A stretch of 64,000 bases of DNA from Takakia lepidozioides (GCA_030704615.1 CM060731.1:79422001-79486000); one strand, 5' to 3'. Positions 38,261 through 50,968 are shown, numbered from the stretch's first letter. Notes: generated from the sequence alone by a model not told the origin. A program made the numbers and translations.

Positions 38261-38662
38261 TTCAATTAATCTCATATTACACTGGGACGTATCAGAAGGT
38301 GCATTGAACATACTGGCCAAGTCTCAAAGCGAACGAAAATCATTTGGATGGGCAACCATCCGTTGGCCTATTGAACAAATTTTGATTGATCTCATATTAC
38401 TTTGGGGCCTCTTACATGGCACATTGAACATAGTGGCCAAGTCTCAAAGCGAACCAAAATCATTTCGATGGCCAACCATCCGTTGAGCCATCGAATGAAT
38501 TTGGATTGATCTCATATTAGTCTAGGACCTGATATATGGTATGTTGAACATAGTGGCAAAGATTGAAAGCAAACAAAAATCATTCAGATGGGCAACCATT
38601 CAATCACCTATTGAATGAATGGGGTTTTGTCTTCGATTATACTGGGACCTGTTACATGGTAT
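38261..38662. repeat. 120-bp tandem repeat x~3.3
   Basis: ctcatatta at 38271, 38391 and 38511; ttgaacata.tggc.aa in each unit. Confidence 0.9.
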
Positions 38663-38674
38663 GCCCTTTGAAGC

Positions 38675-40257
38675 TCTTTTTGTAGTGTCTCTTGCCTCGT
38701 AATGCGGTGCTTATTCATGTCCACTTTATCTAATATGTTGATATTCTCCATTTGGAACAGATCCACACATGTGTGTAGAAATCCTTAAATAAGCAAATGA
38801 CCATCTCCACTTTTATAAGCCTCATCCCCAGCTTCCAGTTTTGATGGTCATTTGGTTTTTTAAATCTTTATATACGCATGTGTGGATATGTTCCAGATGG
38901 AAGATATTAACATTGGAAAAATAAGAGTTGGAGAAGCACCTCATTACGAAGCAAGAGACATTACAGAAGACCTCAGCATGTTGAACATCTGGATGAAGAA
39001 CCTTGCCCATCGTCGCTTCAAAATTCAAGCGCTTCTGAAATGATCACATTTTTGTTGGTGGAAGCAGATCGCCACATTGATCTCGTACCCATCGAAGACT
39101 CTCGTAGGCCACATGGAACGGTTCATGTGATACATTTTCACAAATGCGATGTGATACATTTGTAAAATGGTATCACATCAACCGTTTAATGTGGCCAATG
39201 CACCTCTTCTACACCATGGCGGAAATGTTCGCCACTTGAAAGCACAAACACAAATACTCCGTGCAAACAATCTCAAGAATCATATGTATTGCAAGGTGTT
39301 TCATACTGCCCATGTTCATGTAGTTGAATTCTTTAGGAATCGTTTTGCTACTCCCATGCCAATAACATCAGGTCCACTGCGACTGCCATATTCTGAATTC
39401 CGTATCAGCAACCACGGACATGAAACCAGGAACTTCGCACAAAATTATCTCCAATTCATTCAATTTATGGTGGGCCATGGCTGCAGCCTGCAAGCTGGCC
39501 AGGGTGGCTGATACGTTCGTTTGAACATGACAGTCTCAGAGGACGTTAGCATGGGAATAGCAAAAAGAGTATTACAGAATTCAGCTAGAGGAACAACAAT
39601 AGCATGAAACACCTTACCGTAAATATGATTGTTGACATTGACAGCTCTAATCAATAGAGAACTCGCATCATTAGTTGTGCTCGAGCAGCACTACCGGTCC
39701 CCTGAGTAAGTAAATTTCTGTTGTAAATAATAAATTGCATACGCTCGAACCTCACAGATGTCATTGCAACAAAACCGGCTGTGTATTGTGGCACTGTTTG
39801 TAACTTCGAATGTTTCAATGTTTCTGACAGGGTACTGAGAAAATGATATATTGGCTCCATAGGAGTTAGACAACAAACATTCCATATCTCGTTCAAATGT
39901 CGACACTACCATGAGTGACATGGATCAAAAAGTAATAGGTGTACATGCGACCTCCGGACGTTCAAGTAGACCATTCGCTGGACCTAGTATCAAACGTTCG
40001 GAGTTCGCATGTGCACTTATTACTTTCTGATCCATGCCTCTCATGGTAGTGTCGCACAGTTGAATGAGATGTGAGATGTTTGTTGTCTAACTCCTACGAA
40101 ATTAATACATCGTTTTCTCATAACCCTATCCGAAAGCTTGGAACATTACAAATATAAACAGTGAGCCAGTACACAAACCATTTATGTTACGATGACAGGT
40201 GCCAGGGTCGAGCATATGCAATGTAGTATTTACAATGAGACTTTATTTATTACATGC
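38675..40257. repeat. Four consecutive imperfect inverted repeats (38675-38970; 39107-39196; 39255-39650; 39700-40257)
   Basis: Arms paired by eye, e.g. tgtagtgtctcttgcctcgtaatg / cattacgaagcaagagacattaca; ggccacatggaacggttcatgtgatac / gtatcacatcaaccgtttaatgtggcc; cgacactaccatgag / ctcatggtagtgtcg. Confidence 0.85.
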
Positions 40258-40332
40258 ACGATCAAAATTGATTTATGTCTTCATAAAAGAACCATTGTAC
40301 TGCCACAAATCTCATATCTACGAGACTATGGT

Positions 40333-41780
40333 CTACTCCGTCCTATATATGTCTTTCGGCTCAGGCCAATTGAATGGCTTGCTCATGAGCCGAAGTACTA
40401 CATGGGCTAATGTGACTCTCTCATTCTTATTGTTGTCGTACAACCTTTGTAGCATTGAATGCCAACAACCTCCCGTAAATTGGTTCTCGAACATACTTTG
40501 ATCATAATGAGCGCCGCTATTTATTCGTACCGCTATTTTCCCAACGGCAAAGGTCTCCGACGTCATGTCCTTGGGGGGGGGTGGCATTCGCATTGAAAAC
40601 TGATGCAATATCTTTTTCCACCCACTATTTTTTTGGCGAATTCCCGGTCCAGCTTGTCTTGGTTTTCAAACTGGTACGACGAGGCTTTGCGTATGCCCAA
40701 TGGGATGGCTAAGCCCCAATCACACACCCCAATCTTGATCTCCTCGGTGCCATCTGGAAAATGCAACAAGATGTTGTCGGGGGACAAGTCGTTGTGCATG
40801 ACACCGTTCTTGTGGACAACATCCATGATGCACACCAGTGCCCATGTAAGTTTACTGCGCACTTTCCAGAAACGAAGCAAGTGATCGCATTCCTGGAACT
40901 CTGCTTCCGTTCCCTTTTGTTCCAAAATCACCCTGTTGTCCGAATCGTTGCCCCATTTTCAGTCAAGGTTCATCATGTCGCGTATTGTCCCCCCATTCTA
41001 CCAGCGAGTATAACCCTCTACCTCACGTGCATTCACAACAAAATATAAGATAACACCCGGGTGCTGGAACTTCACTGCCAAACACTCCTCGTTATGTTGT
41101 CTCAACACCTTTTCTGGATTTTTGGACTTGGGTTTTTTTCCCGCTAGTTCCCAAGGCTCCGGTATTCTAGAATCGCCAACAATCCTATACTGACGGACCT
41201 TAGCATACACTCCTTATTTGTAAGGGCCAATATCTACCACCTTCGCAGTAGAGTTCAGGTAATAAAGACCAGTTGTGCCTCCCCCGCCCGATGACCCCGC
41301 CTTCCAAGGGACAACCCTAGTCCGGCGATGTGAATTCTGACTTGCCGAGCAAGCCCAATACTCAACACGCCGCATTAACTCAGCTTCGGCGGAGGGCACT
41401 CGACCCTCGGTTGCTCTACTCTTCCATGTCTTCATTAGCTGCCTCAAATTCCACGTGGCGTCTTTCGCCCTGCTTTGAATCCACCGATTGAACTTCGGCT
41501 TGTCCCTGTCCGCCGTCCACTTAGCCCCCGCCAAAGCGTTTGTCATTTTCCTCTCCATTTTTTGTTGGAAAATCTGAAACCCCTCCCATCCATGCCTGAC
41601 ATAAGCACTCTCCGGCCTCATCATGTCCCTACCCTTGAAATAATCCACTACCACTTCTTTCACCCTATCCAAGGCATCTGGTCCCGGGTAGTCTGGATTG
41701 TTGACCTGGCTATCCCGCTCGTGGGCACGTTTTCTCTTCCTCCGACCCCCAGACGACCCCGCCCCAGAACTTGAATTCAC
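40333..41780 (-). pseudogene. Protein kinase (atypical HNDLSPDN catalytic loop, DWG), disrupted
   Basis: IGPYK*GVYAKV (Gly loop), LAGKK, HNEECLAV, VMHNDLSPDNILL, IGVCDWGLA; basic NLS-like RRKRKR at the N-terminus. Confidence 0.85.
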
Positions 41781-42279
41781 AACCCCTGAGATTGTATAAA
41801 CCTTTGCCCACTACAGGGTCCAAAACCTCAGAAAACGGCAATGAACGCGTGTGGATGGTGTCTTCGTAGTTTTCTGCAAAAAAACAGCCCGCCGGAGATC
41901 CGAAAACGGCAAAATGGTGATACGATGATTGAACCGCGAACAAGTATGTGGGACTGACCAATAGAAAATCGACAAACCCACCCCCCCCCCCCCCGGCCCA
42001 AATAATCACCTTTGCACCTCCCGTTGACAGTGCCAAGCAACGAATTCCGAAAGGACTACTTGATGCTAAGGAACCGCACCACGAGAGGGGCAAAAGTGAT
42101 CAGAAAAGGAGGGGGGAATGGTTTATATAGGGTTCAAAACCACCTTCCCCCATCCCATTTGTTTCGTTTTTCCTGACCCGTGGCACCTCGCCACGTGGCT
42201 GGCCAGGCGCCGCTTCATGATTAAAAAATTAAAAACAAAACGCCACACGGCGGGTCCCTGGATTTCTAAGGAAAAAAAA

Positions 42280-42950
42280 ACACGCGACCGCCGCATAACG
42301 GTCGCTATATTTATAAAAACAAGAAGAGCGACCGCCACATGGCGGTCGTTGTTTTTATAAAAAAAAATTTAAATAAGCGACCGCCTACTGGCCTACTCGC
42401 TTAATTCAAGATTCAAAATATAAATAAGCGACCGCCACTAAATGACGGTCGCTTCATTTAAAAATATATATTAAGTAAGCGACTGCCAAACGGGGGTCGC
42501 TTAATTTAAGAATCAAAATCAAATCGAGCGACCGCCTCCAAATGGCGGTCGCTGTATTCTTTATTGACAAAAATAGCGACGGCCGCCAAATGGCGGTCGC
42601 TGCATTTTTCAAAAATTAACTGAAGAAGCGACCGCCAAACGGCGGTCGCTTTATTTAAGAATAAAATTAAAAGTAAACGACCGCTGCTAAATGGCGGTCG
42701 CTAAATTTAAAATATATATATAGCGATCGCCACATGGCGGTAGATGTATTTTTACAGAATATATCAAAGATATAATAATAATAATATAATAAAGTGCGAG
42801 CGACCGCCAATCTGGGCGGTCGCTTCATTTAAAACATAATAAACTTCACCCGACCGCCAATATAGGCGGTCGCTTATTTTAAAATATAATACAGTACAAT
42901 TTATTTTAAAAATAATAAATTATATGCGACCGCCAATATAGGCGGACATT
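42280..42950. repeat. Array 3 of the palindromic motif, ~50-bp period
   Basis: About 13 units, e.g. 42328, 42377, 42428, 42479, 42528, 42576, 42628, 42677. Confidence 0.92.
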
Positions 42951-43449
42951 TTTTTTAAAGAATTAATAAATATTAATAATTGGCCACGTTTGTTTGATAC
43001 CGTGGCTGCCATGTCATTACAAAGGGTAGAAGTAAATCGTATAAGTCAAATGTAAAAAACATTACATGGATAAACGTCCAGATTCGACGTGATGGCCAAC
43101 GTGTCAGCGCCACGTCACGTCAGGAATGATAACTAGGTTCCATGGGACTGTGCCATCGAGAAATTGAAATGTCATCTCCAGACTACGAATTTATGCGAGT
43201 TGCATGGAGAAGCGCAACTATCTGGTGTTGAACAGAAGTGCAGGGCCAAAATCCCGCGCAGTCCTTCTTTGCGAGGGCATGAGGATGGTGAGGAGCTTAT
43301 AAGTCCCTCAGCCTTAGCCCATTGATAAACCAAGTCTTCTGTAGATCTTCATGTGGCACATCTGTTAACTGTTTAATTAACAGACCCATTTTCTTGAAGT
43401 ACTTTTCTACTGACTCATGTTTCTTCTGCCTTAACTGTTGAAGGCCACT

Positions 43450-43619
43450 GACAACCAAGTTGTAGCCTAGTGGTAATGGGCACATACCACCTCGGAAGTG
43501 GTTGTGGGTTCAATCCACCCTTGGTGTCACAAAGGTGTCCACCTTCTTAGCGGAAGGCAGTAGCCCTTCGGGGTGAAGTGACTCCATAAGTTACGCTTCC
43601 TATGAGAGGCGTCATACTT
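43450..43619 (+). mobile_element. tRNA-derived SINE (170 bp) with 12-bp TSD
   Basis: A box TAGCCTAGTGG, B box GGTTCAATCC; TSD TTGAAGGCCACT at 43438-43449 and 43620-43631; removing it restores gag. Confidence 0.85.
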
Positions 43620-43755
43620 TTGAAGGCCACTCTAGACTTCTCTTGTCGTCCTACTTGTTCCGAATCTTCTTTAGAAGGCTGTTCTTAACGCATTCCAAGT
43701 AGGGTGTTTTGGAACTGAGCATATCACTCGGTAGCTCGTTTTGTTAATGAGCAAG

Positions 43756-44526
43756 CACTACAACAGATCACGATATTTATCACTGTATATATGAACTACA
43801 GTCAGATGAACCAAGTGATATCTCTCACTGTAGTCATATATACCATACTGCAGTCGCCGCTGCCGCGCTACGTGGCGAGGCGCAATTGATTAAAAAAATA
43901 AAGATTTAAGATTTAAAAACATTACAAAAATATTTATTTTTATTTTTAAATGTCAAACGCCGCGTCGCACCGCGTTGTGCCATGTGGCATAATGCATGTT
44001 TATAATAGTTTTAAAAAACCACGTGGCAGTGGTCCATCTAGTATACCACGTGCTATCCCTAGCTCGCCTACTAATCCTAGGGCCATCTTATATATTTGAT
44101 TGTACTTGAAAGAGTTTGAACCTGCAACCTCTTCGCTACAAAATTTAGAGTTCACTACTTGCTAACCAATACACCCGTTACTCATTCGTGTGATAATATA
44201 GTGTTTTAATTGTATTATACACACAATATTACAAAATTCCCAGTAGTCCTCATGACTATGTAACCTCATCCATGCTCACTGTAGTCATGAAAATGATTAT
44301 GAGTGGTGCTAACTCTGGTGAATTGCCGTTGACCAGCCTTCCGCCCATTCCGGAGTCATGTAGTCATATAGACGACTACTTAGATAGTCGTTCATATGAC
44401 TACAGTCGTATAAACGACTACGGAGGTCAATTTCATATTAAAAAAACATGGTGCAGTCATGGTCAAAGTCAGGAAAACCATGACTACCGCGGGTTGGCAG
44501 TCATACTACCGCGATCTGTTGTAGGG
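43756..44526. mobile_element. Non-autonomous CACTA (En/Spm) element, 771 bp
   Basis: TIRs CACTACAACAGATC / GATCTGTTGTAGGG; 3-bp TSD AAG; subterminal GTAGTCAT/ATGACTAC repeats. Confidence 0.9.
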
Positions 44527-44795
44527 AAGGAAATTTCCTCAACCTTGCTGCATCATCATTCTCATTATTAACAATGCATATATGTTCAAACTGAATGATC
44601 AATGTGAACATCTGGGTCACCATTTCCACTATAGGGATAGATGGTCTCATCCTCGTATAAGCAACCAGTGTTGTCATAACTTGTCGTACTAGTGTGCACA
44701 GGTCATGCTATCCTTCCTGGACCCTATGTTCCTAAAAGTTGTAGTTATTACTGTTAGATTACTGTCGGATCCCCTTCAATTGGTCCTAGGAGAAG

Positions 44796-47700
44796 TGTAA
44801 CACCCAGGATCTACGCAGACTATAATTGAAGTGTTTGTCAACTTTTTCCCAAAACACTCGATGTCTTCTAGGCTTTCATTGCAGGTTTATATAGCCTTCA
44901 CAATATGATTATTTTAAAGGTTTGACTTGAGAGCATCAAATCAAAACTTCCTGAAGTCAACATTCTTAGGTTTGACATATTCTCCACAATATGACTTTCT
45001 CAAACATTTGACCTACTCTTCATAATATGAATATCTTATAGGATTGACTTGAGAGCCTCAAGTCAAACTTCCTTAAGTCAAACTTCTGAGGAACCTTCCT
45101 AATTATTTTGAAAACTTCTAGGGAACTTTCTTCCTCCATCTAGAACCTTCTAGATTCTATCATGTTACAATCCTCTCCTCTTTCAAGAAGTAACGTCCTC
45201 GTTGTTCGAATTTTCAAAAGCTTGAATTGTCAATTGAGCATTTGTGAGATTTTTCACCGGTTCCCACGTAGCTTCATGTAATGGAAATCATTTCCAGAAA
45301 ACCAAATATTCCAACGCATCATGTCGCCCTCGTTTGTATGTGCGTTTTTTTAGAACACGGTCGACCTCCAACTCTTCATTTTCGTCTATCAACTCTGGTA
45401 AAGGTTGCGGTTCTTGAGTATCTTTGAATATTGATGGTCGAGGTTCGTAACGACGTAGTAGAGAAACGTGAAACACCAGGTGGATCTTCATTTGTGGTGG
45501 TAACTCCAGCTTGTATGCTACTGCTCCAATACGTTTAATGATCGAAAAAAGACCAATGAACAGTGCCCCTAGTTTTCACGATCCAATGATGTGTAAGTTG
45601 ATTGTAGACAACCACACTTGATCCCCGACTGCAAACTCCTCATCCCATCGATGTGCATTTGCATACTGCTTTTGGCGATTTTGGGCAACCATCAGCTTCT
45701 CTTTAGTTTGACGTATTCCCCGTCGAATTTGTTGTACAAATGCGTTAGTTGCGGTTACCTTGGATAACTCTTGAACTTTGTAAGAGTTGTTGGCACATTT
45801 GGATGTTCGCCATACATTAAAAAGAAATGAGTCTCTTTGGTTGACACATTGACCGAATTATTGTCGGGGATCCAAAGCTTACCTTCCTAGAAAAACAACC
45901 CTCGAACTTTAGTCACTTTGTCCTTCTTCTTAGCGTCCACGATGTCCCCATCCTCTTTAGAAGCTTTCGCTATCTTGTTCCACCAATCGGGTTGAATGTT
46001 GACCTCTGTCAATGAGTTTATGCGCGGCATCATTGTCATTGCATCCGCTAATTGTCGTTTCCCCTCCACGTAGATAATCTTCATGTTAAACTGTTGTCGT
46101 CACTCCGCCCAACGAATTTGTCTCTTCGATAGATCTTTCTGTGTCTCCAAGTACACCAACGGTTTATGGTCTGTCTTCACTATGAACTCTTTGTCTCCAA
46201 GATAATGCCTCCAATGTTTTGTGGCCAAAACAATAACCAATTTTTCTCGCTCAGTTGTATGGTAATTCTGTTCCGCAGGTAATAATTTACGAGAAAATTA
46301 TGTCACTAGGTGTCATCCGTCTTCCCGTTCCTGTTGTAACACCCTACCCACTGTTGAGTCTGACGCATCTACCGAGAGCTTGATTGGTCTTGTCGTATCA
46401 TACCATTTCAAGATCGGAGCATGAAGCAACGCATCTTTCAAGGCCTAAAATGTTAACTCATCTTCTGTAGCCCACTTCCATCTAATTCAAAAGATTTGTC
46501 AATGGTTGGGCGATCTTTGAGAATGCTCGTACAAATCGTCTGTAGAATCCGGTAAAGCCAAAAAAACTCCTTAATTGGGTGATGTCTTCAGGTGCTATCC
46601 ACTGCTGAATAGCTTCTATTTTATCACTCATCACCTCAATTCCCTTCTTACTCATGCGATGCCCCAAATAATCTACTTCTTGTTTTCCAAACTCACATTT
46701 AGATGTTTTGGCATATAGCTGATTCTCACGGAGAACTTGTAGTACTTGTTTGAGGTGGTTTCTATATTCGACAAGGCTGTTACTGTAGATCAAAATATCA
46801 TCTAAAAAGACTATCACAAATCTATCTAAGAATGGGTGGAAGATATCATTCATGAGATCCATGAATGTGGCTGGGGCATTTGTGAGACGAAATGACATAA
46901 CCATGTATGCAAAATATCCATACCTAGTGCGGAAGGCGGTCTTATATACATCTTCATCGGCGACTCGAATTTGGTTGTATTTACTCCTCAAATCAAGCTT
47001 CGTAAAGTATTTTGCTCCTCGCAGTTCGTCAAATAAATCGTCCATGCGTGGTAATGGGTATCTATTCTTCACTGTCTGCTGCTTGAGTGCTCGATAATCA
47101 ATGCATATCCGCATTGCTCCATCATTTTTCTTCACAGACAACATCGGCGCTCCATACGGGGACACACTTGGTCTTATAAAGCCATTTGATAGTAGGTCCT
47201 CGACTTGAGCCTTACATTCTTCCAATTCGTTTGGTGCTAATTAATAAGGGACTTTACAAGAAGGAGTACTACTTGGAACAACCTCAATCTCATGATCTAC
47301 TCTTCTCTTTGGCGGAAACCGTGCTGGTAGGTCATCTGGAAATACATCTTTGAACTCTTTCAATACACTCTGTAATTCTATAGGGACCTCACTCATGTTT
47401 TTTTATAGATTTTCCACGTCTCTTATTAAACCTACAAATAATAAGTCTTTCTTATATGTGGCTGTAGTACCTATAACAAACGATGGTAGGTTTCGATATG
47501 GCGTCCTCACTCAATCTCCCCATATTTTCCAATTCTGGGTTTTGACTATCTTTCGATGCCAATCAACATGGGGTTGTGAGATTCCATCCAAGGCATGCCT
47601 AATATTACGTCATATCTAGCTAGTCTGACCACTCACCATTCTAAGGTTTCTCTATATTTACCGACCGTCAACTCTGTGCTTTTAGGTAGTGTCTCAATGG

Positions 47701-49982
47701 CCTCTGTATATCCATTTGGCATTTCTACGTCCTTTCTTTCATCTTTCTCTAAGGGGAGTCCTAGTTTCAAGGCAGCCTCTCTAGATAAATTTTTTTTTGT
47801 TGCCCCAAGGTCTATCAATATTCTCACATGAATACCTTCCAAAGTTCCATCTGCCACAATTAACTGCGTCTCTTTCTTGCCCGCACGGTTGATCTGTCTC
47901 TTCTCCTTGTAGAGCCCCTCGCATTTCTTCTTATTTGTAGAACCAGTAAGACCGCGAGGTCTACTTACTGGTTGTCCTCGTTTTCCTACTCATTTTGATG
48001 TTTGTCATTTTCTCCTCTCCTTAAACTATTAAGAGGTCTTCGATACGTTTGTCGATTGGACCTTCCACTTCGACAGTTGGCCGCAAGATGTCCGTATTTT
48101 CCACAGTTGTAACATTGTCTGGTTTCCCTTTGTCCTTCTGCTCGTGGGAATGTTGAGGAGGTCATATCCTTGTCGTTTGTTTCATTCGTCGTTGTATGTT
48201 ATCTTCCCCATATCTGATTCCCAGCCTATTTCTTTGATAATATTGGAAGTTTTTCCGTCTTCGAAGATTTCCAAGCTCCATAGGCATTGGTCCGTACTGG
48301 TTCAATGGAACGTGTGTACCTTCATCATCGTATCTTGGTAGCGTCCCTTCAATCTTTTGGGCCAATGAAATTGCTTCGTGGACATCAACCGGGTTGCGTA
48401 GAATCACCTCTCCTTGATTTTTTTTCTTCAATCATCTTTTGAAGTTGTCTAATGCTTCTACATGACTCATGTCTTCGATTTGGACTTGAAGATTCAAAAA
48501 ATCTTCAATGTACCATAGTAAAGGTTCTCTTTTTGCGATCTATCTTCTTTCCCATGTACGTAACCAAGTTGAAGCATTGTCGAGTAAGAAAGATCGTATG
48601 AACATTCCGTGGTCCAAATCGCTCGATGTAGGGAAATATGATAGATGTACCTCCATCCGATAAATCTATCTTTCCAGCACTCCCATGGCGCGACTTCCTT
48701 TATACGGCTCGACCTTGCACGTCTTCGTCATCTTTTGTAGTAATGTCTCCAACCCACCAACAACCAATCCCGAGGCGGTTAATTGTCTTACTTGTATAAC
48801 CTCATCCATCAACACGTTGTTTTGTTGTTGGGTCGTAACGAGAGCATTCTGTAAGTCGTGTAAGCGTTCCATTATCCACACCGTCTGATCATTGGTTTGA
48901 TGGGTAGTGTGTGTGTTGTCCACCATTTCTTCATTGTCCGCCATCTCGCTCCACTACTCCTTGCTTCGTAGTGTTTATCTTCTAAGATTAATGTATACTA
49001 TATTTATTCCCTTATCCTAATATAGTATGCAAATAGTACAATCCCAAACCATCCCGTACGTGACTATTGGTAATACGAAAGAAACGTTTGAACTCATGAC
49101 AAGGTTCATGAATTCTACTCCAAATTCTGCAACTAAAAATCTTACAAGATGATGTTTGTCAATTGCGCGCACATTGATACTAAATACATTTGGCGGTGGA
49201 AAATTGGGCGGTATGTATCTACCTCGATCCATGAACTATGTATATACACATATGTACACCTTCCAATTTCTAATAATATGAAAGACGATAGGTCGTGGGT
49301 TTTGTAACACTTCTTGATATCGTTCCTCTCCAAATATCCGTACTATCATATCTCTAATTTCTGCCTTACGTCGACATATAATTTTAAATTCACACTAAGA
49401 AGGAAAATCACGGAAAGGGGGTCGATTTAGGTCCATAAAATTTTTACCCTATCGCTATGACACACCATCACTACTACATATTATTACAACACCAAAAAAA
49501 TATTAACAACCATAATCCTTCAATATATATATATATATCTATCTTTATCGTATCATCCCCAAGAGGGTATTAACTCTCAACTTCCAGAAAGACTAGGCTC
49601 TGATACCTTTGTAACACCCAGGATCTACACAGACTATAATTGAAGTGCTTGTCAACTTTTCCCAAAACACTCGATGCCTTCTAGGCTTTCATTGCAGGCT
49701 TATATAGCCTTCACAATATGATTATTTTAAAGGTTTGATTTGAGAGCCTCAAGTCAAAACTTCCTAAAGTCAACCTTCCTAGGTTTGACATATTCTCCAC
49801 AATATGATTTTCTCAAACATTTGACCTACTCTCCATAATATGAATATCTTATAGGTTTGACTTGAGAGCCTCAAGTCAAACTTCCTTAAATCAAACTTCT
49901 TAGGAACCTTCCTAATTATTTTGAAAACTTCTAGGGAACTTTTCTCCTCCATCTAAAACCTTCTAGATTCTACCCTGTTAAA
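44796..49982 (-). mobile_element. Chromovirus Ty3/gypsy element with both LTRs (44796-45169, 49610-49982), decayed, integrase core deleted
   Basis: PBS GGTATCAGAGCC (iMet); CYNC..H.AANC knuckle; LIDLGA; FLDD; chromodomain LEYLVFWK..ATWEP; PPT; TSD AGAAG/ATAAG; LTRs differ at ~20 sites by eye. Confidence 0.93.
46482..47225 (-). CDS. Reverse transcriptase fragment
   Basis: [35 protein letters not shown]. Confidence 0.9.
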   Translation of the reverse strand: MEECKAQVEDLLSNGFIRPSVSPYGAPMLSVKKNDGAMRICIDYRALKQQTVKNRYPLPRMDDLFDELRGAKYFTKLDLRSKYNQIRVADEDVYKTAFRTRYGYFAYMVMSFRLTNAPATFMDLMNDIFHPFLDRFVIVFLDDILIYSNSLVEYRNHLKQVLQVLRENQLYAKTSKCEFGKQEVDYLGHRMSKKGIEVMSDKIEAIQQWIAPEDITQLRSFFGFTGFYRRFVRAFSKIAQPLTNLLN

Positions 49983-50428
49983 ATAAGAGACCCAAGACTT
50001 ACGCTTGTTCCTCCTCCTATACTCCCGCTACCAGTCAGTAATCCAAGTGCTCTACTTGATTTTGCTGCAGGGGGTAAGGGTCCTCTAGTGTCTGATCATT
50101 CAGTCTCTACTTGCTCTAATTCATCTTTTGGTCCCCCCGAGATCCCGATATCTTGAGGTCATTCATTTTCACTCACTAGACAGTTCAAAGTCACTGCTGT
50201 AGTATAAGAAGATGTACTTCATTCTACTATTTCATCCTCTGATGGCTGATTGAATAGATGTAGGTGATTCTCTTCTTGGGGTTCCCTCCTATGTAGTATA
50301 TTTGAAGATTTCGTCAAACTCTTGTGCAAATTTTCTGGCTACTTGTTGGGTGTCTTCAGTCTGTTCCTGTAAAGCTAACTCCCAGAATCTCTCTTGTAAA
50401 TTGTATGAAGGTGTTGCTCCTCCCGCTC

Positions 50429-50968
50429 CGTTCACAACCAATAAAAGTAAAATTGCACAATCAAGAAATTGGAAGCTCGGAAATTCTACAATAGCATCAA
50501 GTGTATGTCCAACGTTGAGAGATATAGAAATCCAACAAGGCTGTGGAATTCTCATGTGGGCTAATTTGAGCAACGATGGCCTGTCTGAAATGACATGTCG
50601 CCGCCTCTCCATATATGTATCCGATGATGGCATTGCAGTATTGGCGTAAAATATATAACCACTTGGAAGTTGATCCAAACTATTGTTGGTTTCATCCGTA
50701 TGACAAACATTTTCCATCCATGTGCAGCTTCATAATTATAGATCGTCGATCTTAAACGTGACCACCATTTTACAGCCTATCATGACTTTGACAGAGTCCA
50801 ACTTATTAGAAGGACAAGTAGCTCAATGTAGTCGAAGAGGGTTCTCATGATATGCCCCCGACATCCTACAGGTGAGCCCGCATTTATTTGGATCCGGACT
50901 TGCACCATCGACGTGCCTTGTCACACCTTATGCATATCTTAGAGAATCATCGAGAGCACGCCAACACC
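50429..50968. repeat. ~540-bp dispersed repeat, copy 2
   Basis: Aligns with 12158-12703. Confidence 0.9.

Larger units (their letters stand above)
43297..50428 (-). mobile_element. Degenerate gag relic related to 8708-10637, split by three nested insertions
   Basis: YSGNGDPDVHI..FEHICIVNNENDDAARLRKFP (44530-44640) | CSLTKRATE..TWNALRTAF (43632-43755) | LQQLRQKKHESVEKY..WFINGLR (43297-43449); assignment of 49983-50428 is tentative. Confidence 0.75.

Noticed and set aside
30940-42950. The palindrome/spacer arrays as CRISPR arrays
   Set aside because: Repeats are degenerate with variable loops, spacers are low-complexity A/T tracts resembling each other, there are no cas genes, and the context is a plant TE
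43086-43136. Helitron-like 3' end (GACGTGA..TCACGTC hairpin, 11 nt, CTAG)
   Set aside because: Followed by G rather than T, with no matching 5' TC end or RepHel gene; insufficient on its own
44108-44176. tRNA-like A/B box on the - strand
   Set aside because: No cloverleaf or TSD; internal to the CACTA MITE
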